The notes under the pieces are model-generated. The model was given only the letters and a program-made list of their open reading frames with translations, was not told the DNA's origin and searched no databases. The translations under genes and the position numbers were made by a program. From an uncultured Bacteroidota bacterium (GTDB lineage Bacteria > Bacteroidota > Bacteroidia > Bacteroidales > VadinHA17), in assembly GCA_903824785.1 (NCBI GenBank), contig CAIJYD010000099.1:35662-99661 (forward strand): DNA of 64,000 bases, written 5' to 3'. Positions 48,846 through 58,052 of this stretch are shown here, in pieces (position 1 is the stretch's first letter; each line of letters starts with the position of its first letter).

Positions 48846-49748
48846 ATGATAAGAACCCTTGGGCAGATGGAGGAAAAGGTGCTGGCACTGAAAAAAAAGC
48901 ACCGGATTGCTGTTGCATGGGCACAGGACCAGAATACTGTTGGAGCTATTCATAAAGCTGTAACAAACGGATTTGCAGAAGCTTTAATGATTGGTAATTC
49001 AAGTGAAATAATCAAAACCTGCAGAGCTGAAGGGATTGATGAAAAGCTATTTACAATCATTGATGCAGGGAATGAAAATACATCTGCCAGAGAAGCAGTA
49101 AAAATGGTAAAAAACGGAGAGGCCGATATAGTGATGAAAGGACTTGTCGGAACCGATGTATTCCTGAAAGCTGTGATGGACAAGGAAAATGGATTGATGC
49201 TGCCAGATGCTGTTCTGACTTATGTTGGGGCTATACAGATACCTTCTTATCATAAACTTCTGTTTATTACAGATCCTGCTGTGATCCCTTTCCCTGACCT
49301 TGATCAGAAAATTGCCATGGCCGGTTATGCTATCGAAATGGCACGCAGGTTTGGGGTTGAAAATCCTAAAATTGCACTTATCGGAGCCTCTGAAAAAGTA
49401 AGCAAACATTTTACCAGTTCTCTTGATTACCGGGAAATGTGTGGTATGTCTGAACGTGGTGAAATACAAAACTGTATAATGGATGGCCCTCTCGACATTT
49501 TTCTGGCCTGCGATAAAAAAAGTATCGAAATAAAAGGAATTAATACACCTGTTGACGGGGAGGCTGATATTCTGCTGTTCCCTTCTCTTGAATCATGCAA
49601 TCCATTTTATAAAGCTCTCATGCTGTTTGCAAATGGAGAGCTTGCGGGTCTCATAAGAGGAACAGAAAAGCCTGTTATAGTTATGTCAAGAAGTGAAAGC
49701 GAATTATCAAAGTACTTCTGCATTGCATTATCCTGCCTTATGGCATAA
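48846..49748 (+). CDS. Phosphate butyryltransferase family, divergent paralog 2
   Basis: PTA_PTB family. Start placed at the Met of MIRTLGQM, 7 nt after the paralog-1 stop. Blocks ADIVMKGLV, DGPLD and PVIVMSRSES parallel those of paralog 1, but the sequence is clearly diverged. Confidence 0.8.
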   Translation: MIRTLGQMEEKVLALKKKHRIAVAWAQDQNTVGAIHKAVTNGFAEALMIGNSSEIIKTCRAEGIDEKLFTIIDAGNENTSAREAVKMVKNGEADIVMKGLVGTDVFLKAVMDKENGLMLPDAVLTYVGAIQIPSYHKLLFITDPAVIPFPDLDQKIAMAGYAIEMARRFGVENPKIALIGASEKVSKHFTSSLDYREMCGMSERGEIQNCIMDGPLDIFLACDKKSIEIKGINTPVDGEADILLFPSLESCNPFYKALMLFANGELAGLIRGTEKPVIVMSRSESELSKYFCIALSCLMA

Positions 49749-49792
49749 TAGTTTTTTCCCGGTTAACGGAACCGGTAATTTAAGATCAATTT

Positions 49793-50869
49793 ATGGCAAA
49801 AAGACTAATCCTGGCAATCAATCCAGGATCAACATCTACTAAATTCTCTCTTTTTGAGGAGGAAAATCTGGTTTTTGAAAAATCACTCCGCCATTCAACA
49901 GAGGAGTTAGCCGGATTTGAAAAAATAACCGATCAGTTCAATTTCAGGAAAGATCTGATTATGAATGAGTTAATTATCAGAAAAATTGATATTTCAGGTA
50001 TAATTGCTGTAGTTGGAAGGGGAGGCCTTGTAAAACCAATTGAATCAGGAATATACAGGGTAAATCAAAAACTGAAGGATGATTTGAATGCCGGCGTTTC
50101 CGGTAGCCATGCCTGTAATCTGGGCGGACTTATTGCTGATGATATTGCATCTTCACTTCCGGGTGCCGTTGCATATATTGTGGACCCTGTTGTTGTGGAT
50201 GAGTTGCAACCTGTTGCCCGAATTTCGGGGCTTCCTGAAATCGAGCGGAAGTCTATATTTCATGCTCTTAACCAGAAAGCTGTTGCCCGCGTCTATGCTG
50301 CTTCAATAAACCGGAAATATGAAGATTTAAATCTTGTTGTTGCTCATATGGGCGGAGGAATAAGTGTCGGGGCTCATAAGAACGGCAGAGTAATAGATGT
50401 CAATAACGCTCTGAATGGTGATGGTCCGTTTACGCCTGAACGGACAGGTGGTTTACCTGCCGGTCAGTTGGTTGAACTCTGTTTCAGCAATAAATATTCT
50501 CAGGCCGATATGATGTCAATGCTCACAGGAAAAGGTGGAATGGTGGCTTACCTTGGCACAAATAACTTTATTGAAGTCTGTAAATTAGCTGATAATGGTG
50601 ATCCAAAAGCTATACTGATAATAGATGCTGCATCCTATCAGGTTGGAAAAGAGATTGGAGCAATGGCTGCAGTTTTAAATGGGAAAGTGGATGCTATTAT
50701 TCTCACAGGTGGACTGGCATATCAGGAGACCAATATCAGAAGTATCACATCAATGGTTGAATATATTGCGGAGGTTGTTGTTTATCCAGGCGAAGATGAG
50801 CTTAAAGCACTTGCTTTTAACGGTTTACTGGCACTCGATGGTAAAATAGAGATTAAAACATATTCCTGA
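49793..50869 (+). CDS. buk: Butyrate kinase
   Basis: 358-aa ASKHA kinase. ILAINPGSTSTK, VVGRGG, VAHMGGGISV, and ILTGGLAY near the C-terminus. Confidence 0.92.
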   Translation: MAKRLILAINPGSTSTKFSLFEEENLVFEKSLRHSTEELAGFEKITDQFNFRKDLIMNELIIRKIDISGIIAVVGRGGLVKPIESGIYRVNQKLKDDLNAGVSGSHACNLGGLIADDIASSLPGAVAYIVDPVVVDELQPVARISGLPEIERKSIFHALNQKAVARVYAASINRKYEDLNLVVAHMGGGISVGAHKNGRVIDVNNALNGDGPFTPERTGGLPAGQLVELCFSNKYSQADMMSMLTGKGGMVAYLGTNNFIEVCKLADNGDPKAILIIDAASYQVGKEIGAMAAVLNGKVDAIILTGGLAYQETNIRSITSMVEYIAEVVVYPGEDELKALAFNGLLALDGKIEIKTYS

Positions 50870-50971
50870 TTAATAACCACCTGAGTACAATTATTTTTAG
50901 ATTTCTGACCCAGATACGGGATAATTTATAGCCTTGTCACTGTTCCTTTGTTCCATATTCTGGAGATCCTT

Positions 50972-51688
50972 TTATGGATTATTAATTGCAACAGGTATTA
51001 TCTTTCCATTCATAAACTTATGTCCATTCAGAGCAAACCCGGCGATAAACTCAGCCATATCTTTTGCATTGATAGGAGCTTTATAACCCGGAAAAGCCTT
51101 TGTAAGCATCTCTGTATTTACTGCGCCAAGAGCCAGACAATTCACTCTGATTCCTGATTCGCTGAATTCTTCTGCCAGACATTCGGTGAGGCAGGCCAGT
51201 GCTGCCTTCGAGGCACTGTAATAAGAAAGTCCTTTATACTTGGCACTACCCTGAAAACCTCCCATACTCGAAATATTCACAATATGAGAACCACTGATCA
51301 TATATGGCTTAACTTCCCTTATGAATGAGGCTGGTCCGAAGAAGTTTGTCTCCATCATCAGATGTCCTTCATTATCGCTCAGCTCCATAAAATCCCCTGC
51401 AACCAGCATTCCGGCCATATTAATCAGAATGTCAACTCTTTCATAATGAATAGATAACATATCTCTGAGCAATTCAGCCTGTGTACTAAATATTGAAATG
51501 TCGAGAGGAAGTATATCGATATTCTTATGCTTTGAAGAAATACTTTTCAGAGACTTTTCATCCCTCCCTGTAACAAGAATCCTGTTACCTGCATCCTGTG
51601 CAAAATAAAGAGCAACCTCTTTCCCGATACCTTTCGTTCCTCCGTTTATTATAATATTCACTTTATTTCTGTTAGGTTTAAAAATCAA
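50972..51688 (-). CDS. Short-chain dehydrogenase/reductase (SDR)
   Basis: 238 aa. NGGTKGIGKE cofactor motif and catalytic YSASKAAL (YxxxK). Substrate unknown. Confidence 0.85.
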   Translation of the reverse strand: MIFKPNRNKVNIIINGGTKGIGKEVALYFAQDAGNRILVTGRDEKSLKSISSKHKNIDILPLDISIFSTQAELLRDMLSIHYERVDILINMAGMLVAGDFMELSDNEGHLMMETNFFGPASFIREVKPYMISGSHIVNISSMGGFQGSAKYKGLSYYSASKAALACLTECLAEEFSESGIRVNCLALGAVNTEMLTKAFPGYKAPINAKDMAEFIAGFALNGHKFMNGKIIPVAINNP

Positions 51689-52011
51689 GATTTAAATTCT
51701 GTTTTCCTGACTGATTCCGGTAAAATTCAAGCAATGTTTCAACAGGTTATTATCTGGTTCTGCCTCAAAAAAGATTTAATTTTTCAAGGGTTATTGAGTT
51801 CAGAAAATAATCTGACTAAGATATTAATTTTTCTCCGTACAAAAACAGAGGCAGTTGATTACCTCTGTCAGGATTATTGAAAAACAGTGTTTAAGATATA
51901 AATCATCAATTGAATCATGCCTGATGTATGCAACATGTTTACCTTTTACTGTATATTTGCGAATGATTATTTTTCTTACCACGTCATAATTATTATATTA
52001 AAAACTTAATA

Positions 52012-52809
52012 ATGGCAAACATTAAAGTAGCAATAATAGGATGCGGAAATATCGGGCTTTCATTACTTCAGGGGTTGATAAAAGATCATTCCATTCCTGC
52101 CGGGAATATAACTGCAACCAGACGGAATATTCAGGAGCTCTCACATCTGAATGAATTTGGCATAAAGCTTACCAATGACAATATTAAAGCTGTTGCAGAT
52201 TCTGATCTGATTATTATAGCTGTTAAACCCTATAATATTGTCAGTATCATTGAAGAGATCAAGGATCATCTTGATCCAAAGAGACATGTTCTGATATCAG
52301 TAACAGCAGGGGTTACAATCAGTCAGATACAGGATGTGGTTGGGATTTCACTTCCTATTTTCCGGGCAATGCCTAACATTTCTGCAAGTGTTGGAAAGTC
52401 AGTTTCATGCATCTGCCATAATGGTGCTGAACCAATTGTTGTTGATTCTGTGAAATATTTGTTTGACAGTATGGGTACAACCATGACAATCGATGAAGAA
52501 TTGATGCAATCGGCAACCATACTGGGCGCCTGTGGAATTGCTTATGTACTCAGGTTCATAAGGGCAATGATTCAGGGTGGTATTCAGATCGGCTTTGATG
52601 CAAAGACTGCAAGCGCTATTGTTAACCAGACAGTAAAAGGAGCAGCTGAACTATTAATTGAACGACAGGAACATCCTGAATATGAAATTGATAAAGTAAC
52701 TACACCAAAAGGTTGTACAATAGTTGGGCTGAATGAGATGGAACATAACGGTTTCAGCTCATCGTTGATTAAAGGAATTGTTGCCTCTTTTGATAAAATT
52801 GAAAAATAA
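52012..52809 (+). CDS. proC: Pyrroline-5-carboxylate reductase
   Basis: 265 aa. IAIIGCGNIG Rossmann, AVKP, RAMPN, and the C-terminal TTPKGCT block. Confidence 0.9.
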   Translation: MANIKVAIIGCGNIGLSLLQGLIKDHSIPAGNITATRRNIQELSHLNEFGIKLTNDNIKAVADSDLIIIAVKPYNIVSIIEEIKDHLDPKRHVLISVTAGVTISQIQDVVGISLPIFRAMPNISASVGKSVSCICHNGAEPIVVDSVKYLFDSMGTTMTIDEELMQSATILGACGIAYVLRFIRAMIQGGIQIGFDAKTASAIVNQTVKGAAELLIERQEHPEYEIDKVTTPKGCTIVGLNEMEHNGFSSSLIKGIVASFDKIEK

Positions 52810-52962
52810 TTCATTGCAAGCTGATCAGGCTATTTTATTACGTACCTGCGACGTTTAAAACTTTCTCTTTTCTTCAATAAGTTTGTCTGCCTGTCATATT
52901 AAAAGGTTAGATTTATTCGTTAATTTGTACTATTCACAGATAATAAATCAAACTCAGCAAAA

Positions 52963-53556
52963 ATGATTCTCACATATTCATATAAAAAAATAAGCAGGTA
53001 CAGGAATTACTTTGTTTTATCTTTGCTGCTCTTATTTTCCACTGTTTCAATGATATCAGGTCAGCAGGAAAGGGAAGAACCACCTCCTTTTAAAGAGCGG
53101 TTGTTCTTCGGTGGAAATTTCGGCTTGCAGTTCGGAACATTTACAGATATTCAGGTTGCTCCGGTAATAGGATTATGGGTTTTACCGAGGCTGGCTGTTG
53201 GTGTCGGGCCCGATTACAGGTTTTATAAAGACCCGTATGAACGGACAAATATTTATGGAGGAAAAGGATATATGCAGTTTGTCGTAATAAAGAATTTAAA
53301 TTCATTCTTACCTTTAGGAGTAAATACCGGAATCTTCTTTCATGCAGAAGATGAGCTTCTTAGCCTTGAATCTTCATATTGGAAAGGTGCCGGTACATCC
53401 GGACGGTTTTATATAAATACTCTTCTTGCCGGAGGTGGAATCAGCCAGCAGATTGGCAGACGTTCTTCAATGAATATTATGGTTTTATGGGCATTAAATG
53501 ATCCGGGCTATGAGGTTTATGGTACCCCTGAAATACGTGTAAGTTTGATATTTTAA
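52963..53556 (+). CDS. Hypothetical secreted protein, possibly a small outer-membrane beta-barrel
   Basis: 197 aa with an N-terminal hydrophobic signal. Alternating aromatic/Gly-rich beta-strand-like pattern, ending in an aromatic residue (…RVSLIF). Confidence 0.45.
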   Translation: MILTYSYKKISRYRNYFVLSLLLLFSTVSMISGQQEREEPPPFKERLFFGGNFGLQFGTFTDIQVAPVIGLWVLPRLAVGVGPDYRFYKDPYERTNIYGGKGYMQFVVIKNLNSFLPLGVNTGIFFHAEDELLSLESSYWKGAGTSGRFYINTLLAGGGISQQIGRRSSMNIMVLWALNDPGYEVYGTPEIRVSLIF

Positions 53557-53889
53557 TAATCTTCCAATCGTAGCAGAACCCTCAGAATAGTCTGTAATGG
53601 GCTGGTTCTTATTATCCCTGAAAAATCTTTTCAGAATAATTGTTTCAGAATCCTTGTTTTCTTTATCTAACCTGAATAATTCATAAACTTTAAATTAAGC
53701 ATAATTTTTCACTTTTGATGGTATAATTATCCTTCATGTTGGATATTTCAGTGATGTTGACCCCAAAGCGGCCATGTTTTCAAACCTTAATATGTAGAAT
53801 CTTAAAACAGAGTTAAATAGAACAGACGTTTCCCCTCCTTCAAAATCTAATCTTTATGCATATCTTTTTTATTAAGTTCCAGATGTGAG

Positions 53890-54097
53890 AAGGAGATCCC
53901 TCATTCCTCCAATCCTCCGCAAGTTCCGATTTGTCGGAATTCGGGATGACGGGTTATTTTTGGGGACATTGGAGGAAGAAGCGGCGATTCGCAACGACTT
54001 TTTATTCATGAAGTATTTTACTCGCGAATCGCCGCTTCTTCCTCCTTATAATCAACAACATACTTGTCATCCCGAGCGCCAGCGAGGGATCTCCTTA
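53890..54097. repeat. 208-bp nested palindromic (REP/MITE-like) intergenic element
   Basis: Outer arms AAGGAGATCCCTC (53890-53902) / GAGGGATCTCCTT (54085-54097). Middle arms GGGATGAC (53943-53950) / GTCATCCC (54066-54073). Inner perfect 22-bp arms GGAGGAAGAAGCGGCGATTCGC (53971-53992) / GCGAATCGCCGCTTCTTCCTCC (54024-54045) with a 31-nt spacer. Confidence 0.8.
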
Positions 54098-54209
54098 TAA
54101 GTTATAAATAAGGAATAAAAAATCCTTTTCTATGAATAATTCAGGCTAAATTTTCCCCGATTCTTTATTTCAATTATATTTGTGCCGGTTTTTAAAAAAA
54201 TAGATTTGC

Positions 54210-54746
54210 ATGAAGATAGAAAAGAACAAAATGGTTTCACTTATCTATGAATTGAAGGAAAGTGATTCAGATGGGAGAACTCTTGAGGCTCTGGATGAGA
54301 CCAGGCCACTTACATTTATCTATGGAACAGGCAGATTACTTCCTGTATTTGAATCAAATATCAATTCATTAACCAGTGGTGAGCTGTTCAGCTTCAAAAT
54401 GAGTTCCGAAATGGCTTATGGCGAAAAGCGTGAAGAGATGATTGTCAATGTCCCTTTGGCTGTTTTTGAAACCGACGGGAAGTTAAACGAAGATATCTGC
54501 AGAGTGGGAAATGAGGTTCCAATGATGGATACTGAAGGTAACCCGCTAAACGGAACAATAAATGAAATTACAGATACTTATGTCAGGATGGATTTCAATC
54601 ATCCAATGGCAGGACTCGATCTGTTTTTTACCGGGAAGGTTGTTGATGTGAGGGATGCTACGGAAGAGGAACTTTCGGGAATGAATCATTCCTGTTCATC
54701 ATGCGGCAGCAGTAAAGACTCAGGCTGCTCCGGTTCCTGTGGTTAG
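54210..54746 (+). CDS. slyD: FKBP-type peptidyl-prolyl cis-trans isomerase SlyD-like with Cys-rich tail
   Basis: 178 aa with an FKBP plus IF-domain pattern (FIYGTGRLLPVFE, DFNHPMAGLDL). The C-terminal tail HSCSSCGSSKDSGCSGSCG suggests metal binding. Confidence 0.85.
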   Translation: MKIEKNKMVSLIYELKESDSDGRTLEALDETRPLTFIYGTGRLLPVFESNINSLTSGELFSFKMSSEMAYGEKREEMIVNVPLAVFETDGKLNEDICRVGNEVPMMDTEGNPLNGTINEITDTYVRMDFNHPMAGLDLFFTGKVVDVRDATEEELSGMNHSCSSCGSSKDSGCSGSCG

Positions 54747-54766
54747 TAACCTTTTCCCGTAAATAT

Positions 54767-56002
54767 TTAAATATTAAGGGTTTCTCCTTCTGATTTTGCG
54801 ATTATCACTGCGCAGCAGGTATCGCCATATACGTTTATGGTCGTTCTGAACATATCCAGAATACGGTCAACTGCCAGAATCAGGCCAATACCTTCAAGAG
54901 GAAGCCCCACGGCTTTCAGAACAACTGTCATCATAACCAGTCCGGCCATTGGAATGCCGGCTGCACCTATTGCGGCCAGAAGAGCTGTGAGAATAACTAT
55001 TATCTGCTGCCCGATTGTCAGATCCACGCCATAAGCCTGGGCAATAAAGATGACTGCAACACATTCATAAAGAGCTGTCCCATTCATATTTACAGTAGCA
55101 CCTAGAGGCAAAGTAAAGCTTGCAATCTTATTCGAAACACCATCCTCTATCTCAACAGCTTTCATTGTAAGCGGAAGAGTTGCATTTGACGATGATGTAG
55201 AAAAGGCGGTTAAGAGTGGTGTTGTCATATTTCTCATATGTTTTATCGGATCAGCTTTTCCAAGTATTTTAACTGAAAGTGGAAGAGTAATAAGTCCGTG
55301 AATAATAAGCCCAAGCAACACTGTAATAAAGTAAAGCCCTAATCTGCTGATGATCTCACTTATCTCATTTCCCATCTGAATCTGCTGCGCTATTACTTTG
55401 GCTGTAATACTGAAAATTCCCAAAGGTGTAAACCTGATGATAAACAAGGTGATTTTCATTATTACCTCAAGTGCAGCATTAAATACATCGGTTATGAGTA
55501 ATCGTGGCTTTTCCTCTATTTTAGTAATAAAAAATCCGAATAATATTGCAAAAAATATAATGGAAAGCATTTGACCCTGCATCAGCGATTCAAATATATT
55601 GGAAGGTATAATCTGAATGAGAGTAGTGCTGAAATTCTCAGAAGCTGAAGTTAATCCTTCTACCGGCATTTTAAATCCAAGATCGGCTCCGACTCCCGGC
55701 TTAATTATCCGTACCAGAAAAAAGCCGGTAATAATTGCTGCCAGAGTGGATAGAACATAATAACTCATTGTTTTCAATCCGAGTCTGCCAAGATTATCGC
55801 TGCTTCCTACACTTGCAACACCGGTAGTTATGGAACAGAGGATCAGTGGAATGATTATCATATTAAGAGCCCGGAGAAAGATCACTCCGACCCAGTTGGT
55901 ATAAACTGTTGCACCCTGGAAAAAATATCCGAAGAATCCACCTGCTACCAGGGTTATCAGTATCTGGAAATGCAGCGGAATTGAAAATCTCTTTCTTGTC
56001 AT
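54767..56002 (-). CDS. Dicarboxylate/amino acid:cation symporter (DAACS, GltP/SstT-like)
   Basis: 411-aa polytopic protein. Conserved SSSNATLP and NMNGTALYE-type blocks (FSTSSSNATLPLT, ATVNMNGTALYE). Confidence 0.88.
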   Translation of the reverse strand: MTRKRFSIPLHFQILITLVAGGFFGYFFQGATVYTNWVGVIFLRALNMIIIPLILCSITTGVASVGSSDNLGRLGLKTMSYYVLSTLAAIITGFFLVRIIKPGVGADLGFKMPVEGLTSASENFSTTLIQIIPSNIFESLMQGQMLSIIFFAILFGFFITKIEEKPRLLITDVFNAALEVIMKITLFIIRFTPLGIFSITAKVIAQQIQMGNEISEIISRLGLYFITVLLGLIIHGLITLPLSVKILGKADPIKHMRNMTTPLLTAFSTSSSNATLPLTMKAVEIEDGVSNKIASFTLPLGATVNMNGTALYECVAVIFIAQAYGVDLTIGQQIIVILTALLAAIGAAGIPMAGLVMMTVVLKAVGLPLEGIGLILAVDRILDMFRTTINVYGDTCCAVIIAKSEGETLNI

Positions 56003-56332
56003 GATATGAATATATTAAGTATGCTAAAGAAAAATAATCTTTACCACTATTCCTGCTAAATCAAAAACAATTTTCTAAAAAGATGAAAAATTAAACCTCC
56101 CCACAATCCAGTATTTGAGAGAAGTCCGGAGCTCGGGGCGGAATATTCAAAAATAGCGAAGAATTACATAGCGGAATAAATCTCCTTCCATTCAATATTT
56201 GGCGACAGGTAAAAGGGTGGGACAGAAAAACAGAAAAAACTGAACTTCGCCAGAGTACAATATTGTAGTTCAGGCAGGAGAGTAGGGGTAAAAAAATATA
56301 AAATTATAAGGAATGGAGACAAATCAGTCAAA

Positions 56333-56413
56333 GTTACATTTGTAATCGAGCCATAATTGACACGCATTTACCAATGTAATCTAAATAAACAATAAAATTA
56401 TTTACATAAGTAA
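56333..56413. promoter_or_regulatory. Distal cluster of three TTAC-N4-GTAA near-palindromic 12-mers
   Basis: TTACATTTGTAA (56333-56344), TTACCAATGTAA (56368-56379) and TTACATAAGTAA (56402-56413), spaced 35 and 34 nt apart. Confidence 0.5.
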
Positions 56414-56683
56414 TTGTTTTCATACAATAAATATTGATATATTTAAATACTTATAAATGAGATATATAAATGGCTTTATCTCTATTAGTAAGGTTCATAA
56501 AGCTCCTGATATCTGCTTAAACAGCCTAAATATTGTTAGAAATAGATCATAAAAGCTTGTATTCCAATGTTATAATTACCTAAACTTTAATACTACTTTA
56601 GATAGCTATTATCTTTATATCATTATATATCAAATAGATACAGAAGTTATATTAATTGAATGTAATTCAGCATTATGAGCTAT

Positions 56684-56741
56684 TTACAAATGTAATATAA
56701 CATAAATACAAATGTAAATTATATTTGAATTACATTTGTAA
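56684..56741. promoter_or_regulatory. Proximal cluster of three near-palindromic 12-mers abutting the XRE regulator start (candidate autoregulatory operators)
   Basis: TTACAAATGTAA (56684-56695), ATACAAATGTAA (56706-56717) and TTACATTTGTAA (56730-56741), spaced 22 and 24 nt apart. A further half-site TTACA at 56751 sits just before the ATG at 56759. Confidence 0.55.
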
Positions 56742-56758
56742 TACTGATATTTACAAGT

Positions 56759-57208
56759 ATGAAGGAAAGATTAATTGAATTTCTACGGATTGAAAACAAA
56801 TCTTCAGCACAGCTTGCTGAGGAGATTGGTGTCCAGCCTTCCGGTATCTCCCATATCCTTTCCGGAAGGAATAACCCCAGTCTGGATTTTGTTCTGAAAA
56901 TGGTTGAAAAATATAAGTTCCTTTCAACTGACTGGCTTTTGTTTGGCAAAGGTTCTATGTATAAGGAGAATAAAGTACTTACTCTTTTTGATAATATCCC
57001 TCTGGAAAACGATGGAGTGAAGGCACCGGTTAATAAAAGTGAACCTCAGAAACAGGAAGTGGAAATAAAGGCTTCAGAGAATAAAAGCATTGTTAAAGGT
57101 GCTGATATTCAGTCTGTAAACGAATCTGCTTCTGTAGTAAGAATTGTATATTTCTATGATAACAACAGTTTCAGGGAGTATTTTCCAGCAGGGAGTGACA
57201 CAAAATGA
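56759..57208 (+). CDS. XRE/Cro-type helix-turn-helix transcriptional regulator
   Basis: 149 aa. The N-terminal ~65 aa is a classic HTH_3-like domain (SSAQLAEEIGVQPSGISHILSGRNNPSLDFVLKMV). The C-terminal half is low-complexity or uncharacterised. Confidence 0.8.
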   Translation: MKERLIEFLRIENKSSAQLAEEIGVQPSGISHILSGRNNPSLDFVLKMVEKYKFLSTDWLLFGKGSMYKENKVLTLFDNIPLENDGVKAPVNKSEPQKQEVEIKASENKSIVKGADIQSVNESASVVRIVYFYDNNSFREYFPAGSDTK

Positions 57209-57284
57209 ATAACATAAATAATTTCAGGTTTTAATATTTCTTCAATCAGCCATTAAAATTATCTTTGTGATAAATCCTTGATAC

Positions 57285-58052
57285 ATGGCTAAGCGCATAG
57301 AAGATCTTAAAATACTTGAAAATAAGCGCATTACAGATGATTTCTTTATTTTGGAGCTGTTCTCCGCGGAGAATCTGACCGATATTAAGCCCGGTCAGTT
57401 TGTTCAGGTCCGGGTGGATGGTAGTTCCGACACATTCCTGAGGCGTCCGATTTCAATTCATGATGTTGATTTTGAGAAGAATACTTTTAAGTTACTTATT
57501 CAGATCACTGGAAATGGTACTGAGAAACTTTCAAAGCTGAGAAATGGTGAAAGTCTGAACATAATTTATCCTCTTGGCAATTCTTTTGGCTTGCCTGGTG
57601 AAAATGAAAAAGTTCTTCTGGTAGGAGGTGGTTGTGGTATTGCTCCATTGTTATTTCTTGGTAAGCATTTAAAATCAATTGGTTATGCCCCTGATATACT
57701 TCTGGGTTTTAGAAATAGTGAGCGGATAATTGAGTATGAGGAGTACCTTAAGATTGGAAACGTATTCCTTACAACTGAAGATGGTTCAAAAGGGGAAAAG
57801 GGTTTTGTAACAAATCATTCTGTTTTATCTACGGCGAAGTATGACAAAATTTATTGCTGCGGACCAGATTCAATGATGAAGGCAATTGCAGGGTACTGCA
57901 GGAAAAACAATATGAATTGTGAAGTATCGCTCGAAAACCTTATGGCATGCGGTATTGGAGCATGCCTTTGCTGTATTGTCGATACAGTTAAAGGCAATCT
58001 TTGTACATGCACAGAAGGACCTGTTTTTAATACAACTGAATTAAAATGGTGA
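57285..58052 (+). CDS. pyrK: Dihydroorotate dehydrogenase B electron-transfer subunit
   Basis: 255 aa. FAD/NAD-binding ferredoxin-reductase fold ([14 protein letters not shown]) and a C-terminal 2Fe-2S Cys cluster (CGIGACLCC…C). Confidence 0.9.
   Translation: MAKRIEDLKILENKRITDDFFILELFSAENLTDIKPGQFVQVRVDGSSDTFLRRPISIHDVDFEKNTFKLLIQITGNGTEKLSKLRNGESLNIIYPLGNSFGLPGENEKVLLVGGGCGIAPLLFLGKHLKSIGYAPDILLGFRNSERIIEYEEYLKIGNVFLTTEDGSKGEKGFVTNHSVLSTAKYDKIYCCGPDSMMKAIAGYCRKNNMNCEVSLENLMACGIGACLCCIVDTVKGNLCTCTEGPVFNTTELKW

Noticed and set aside
53885-54100. 71-aa ORF in the track (MRRRSLIPPILRKF…CHPERQRGISL)
   Set aside because: It is a read-through of the nested palindromic element. Its two halves are reverse complements of each other, it has no plausible start context, and such peptides are typical artefacts of REP-like repeats.
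56164-56367. 67-aa minus-strand ORF in the long spacer before the XRE gene
   Set aside because: It has an implausible Phe/Leu/Pro-rich composition, no start context and no recognisable similarity. Treated as noncoding; the region itself is reported as a finding.
56003-56758. Possibility that the AT-rich repeat-bearing spacer is a replication origin
   Set aside because: I could not find DnaA-box-like sequences (TTATCCACA and close variants). The flanking genes are not dnaA or dnaN. The repeated 12-mer is better explained as an operator for the adjacent HTH regulator.
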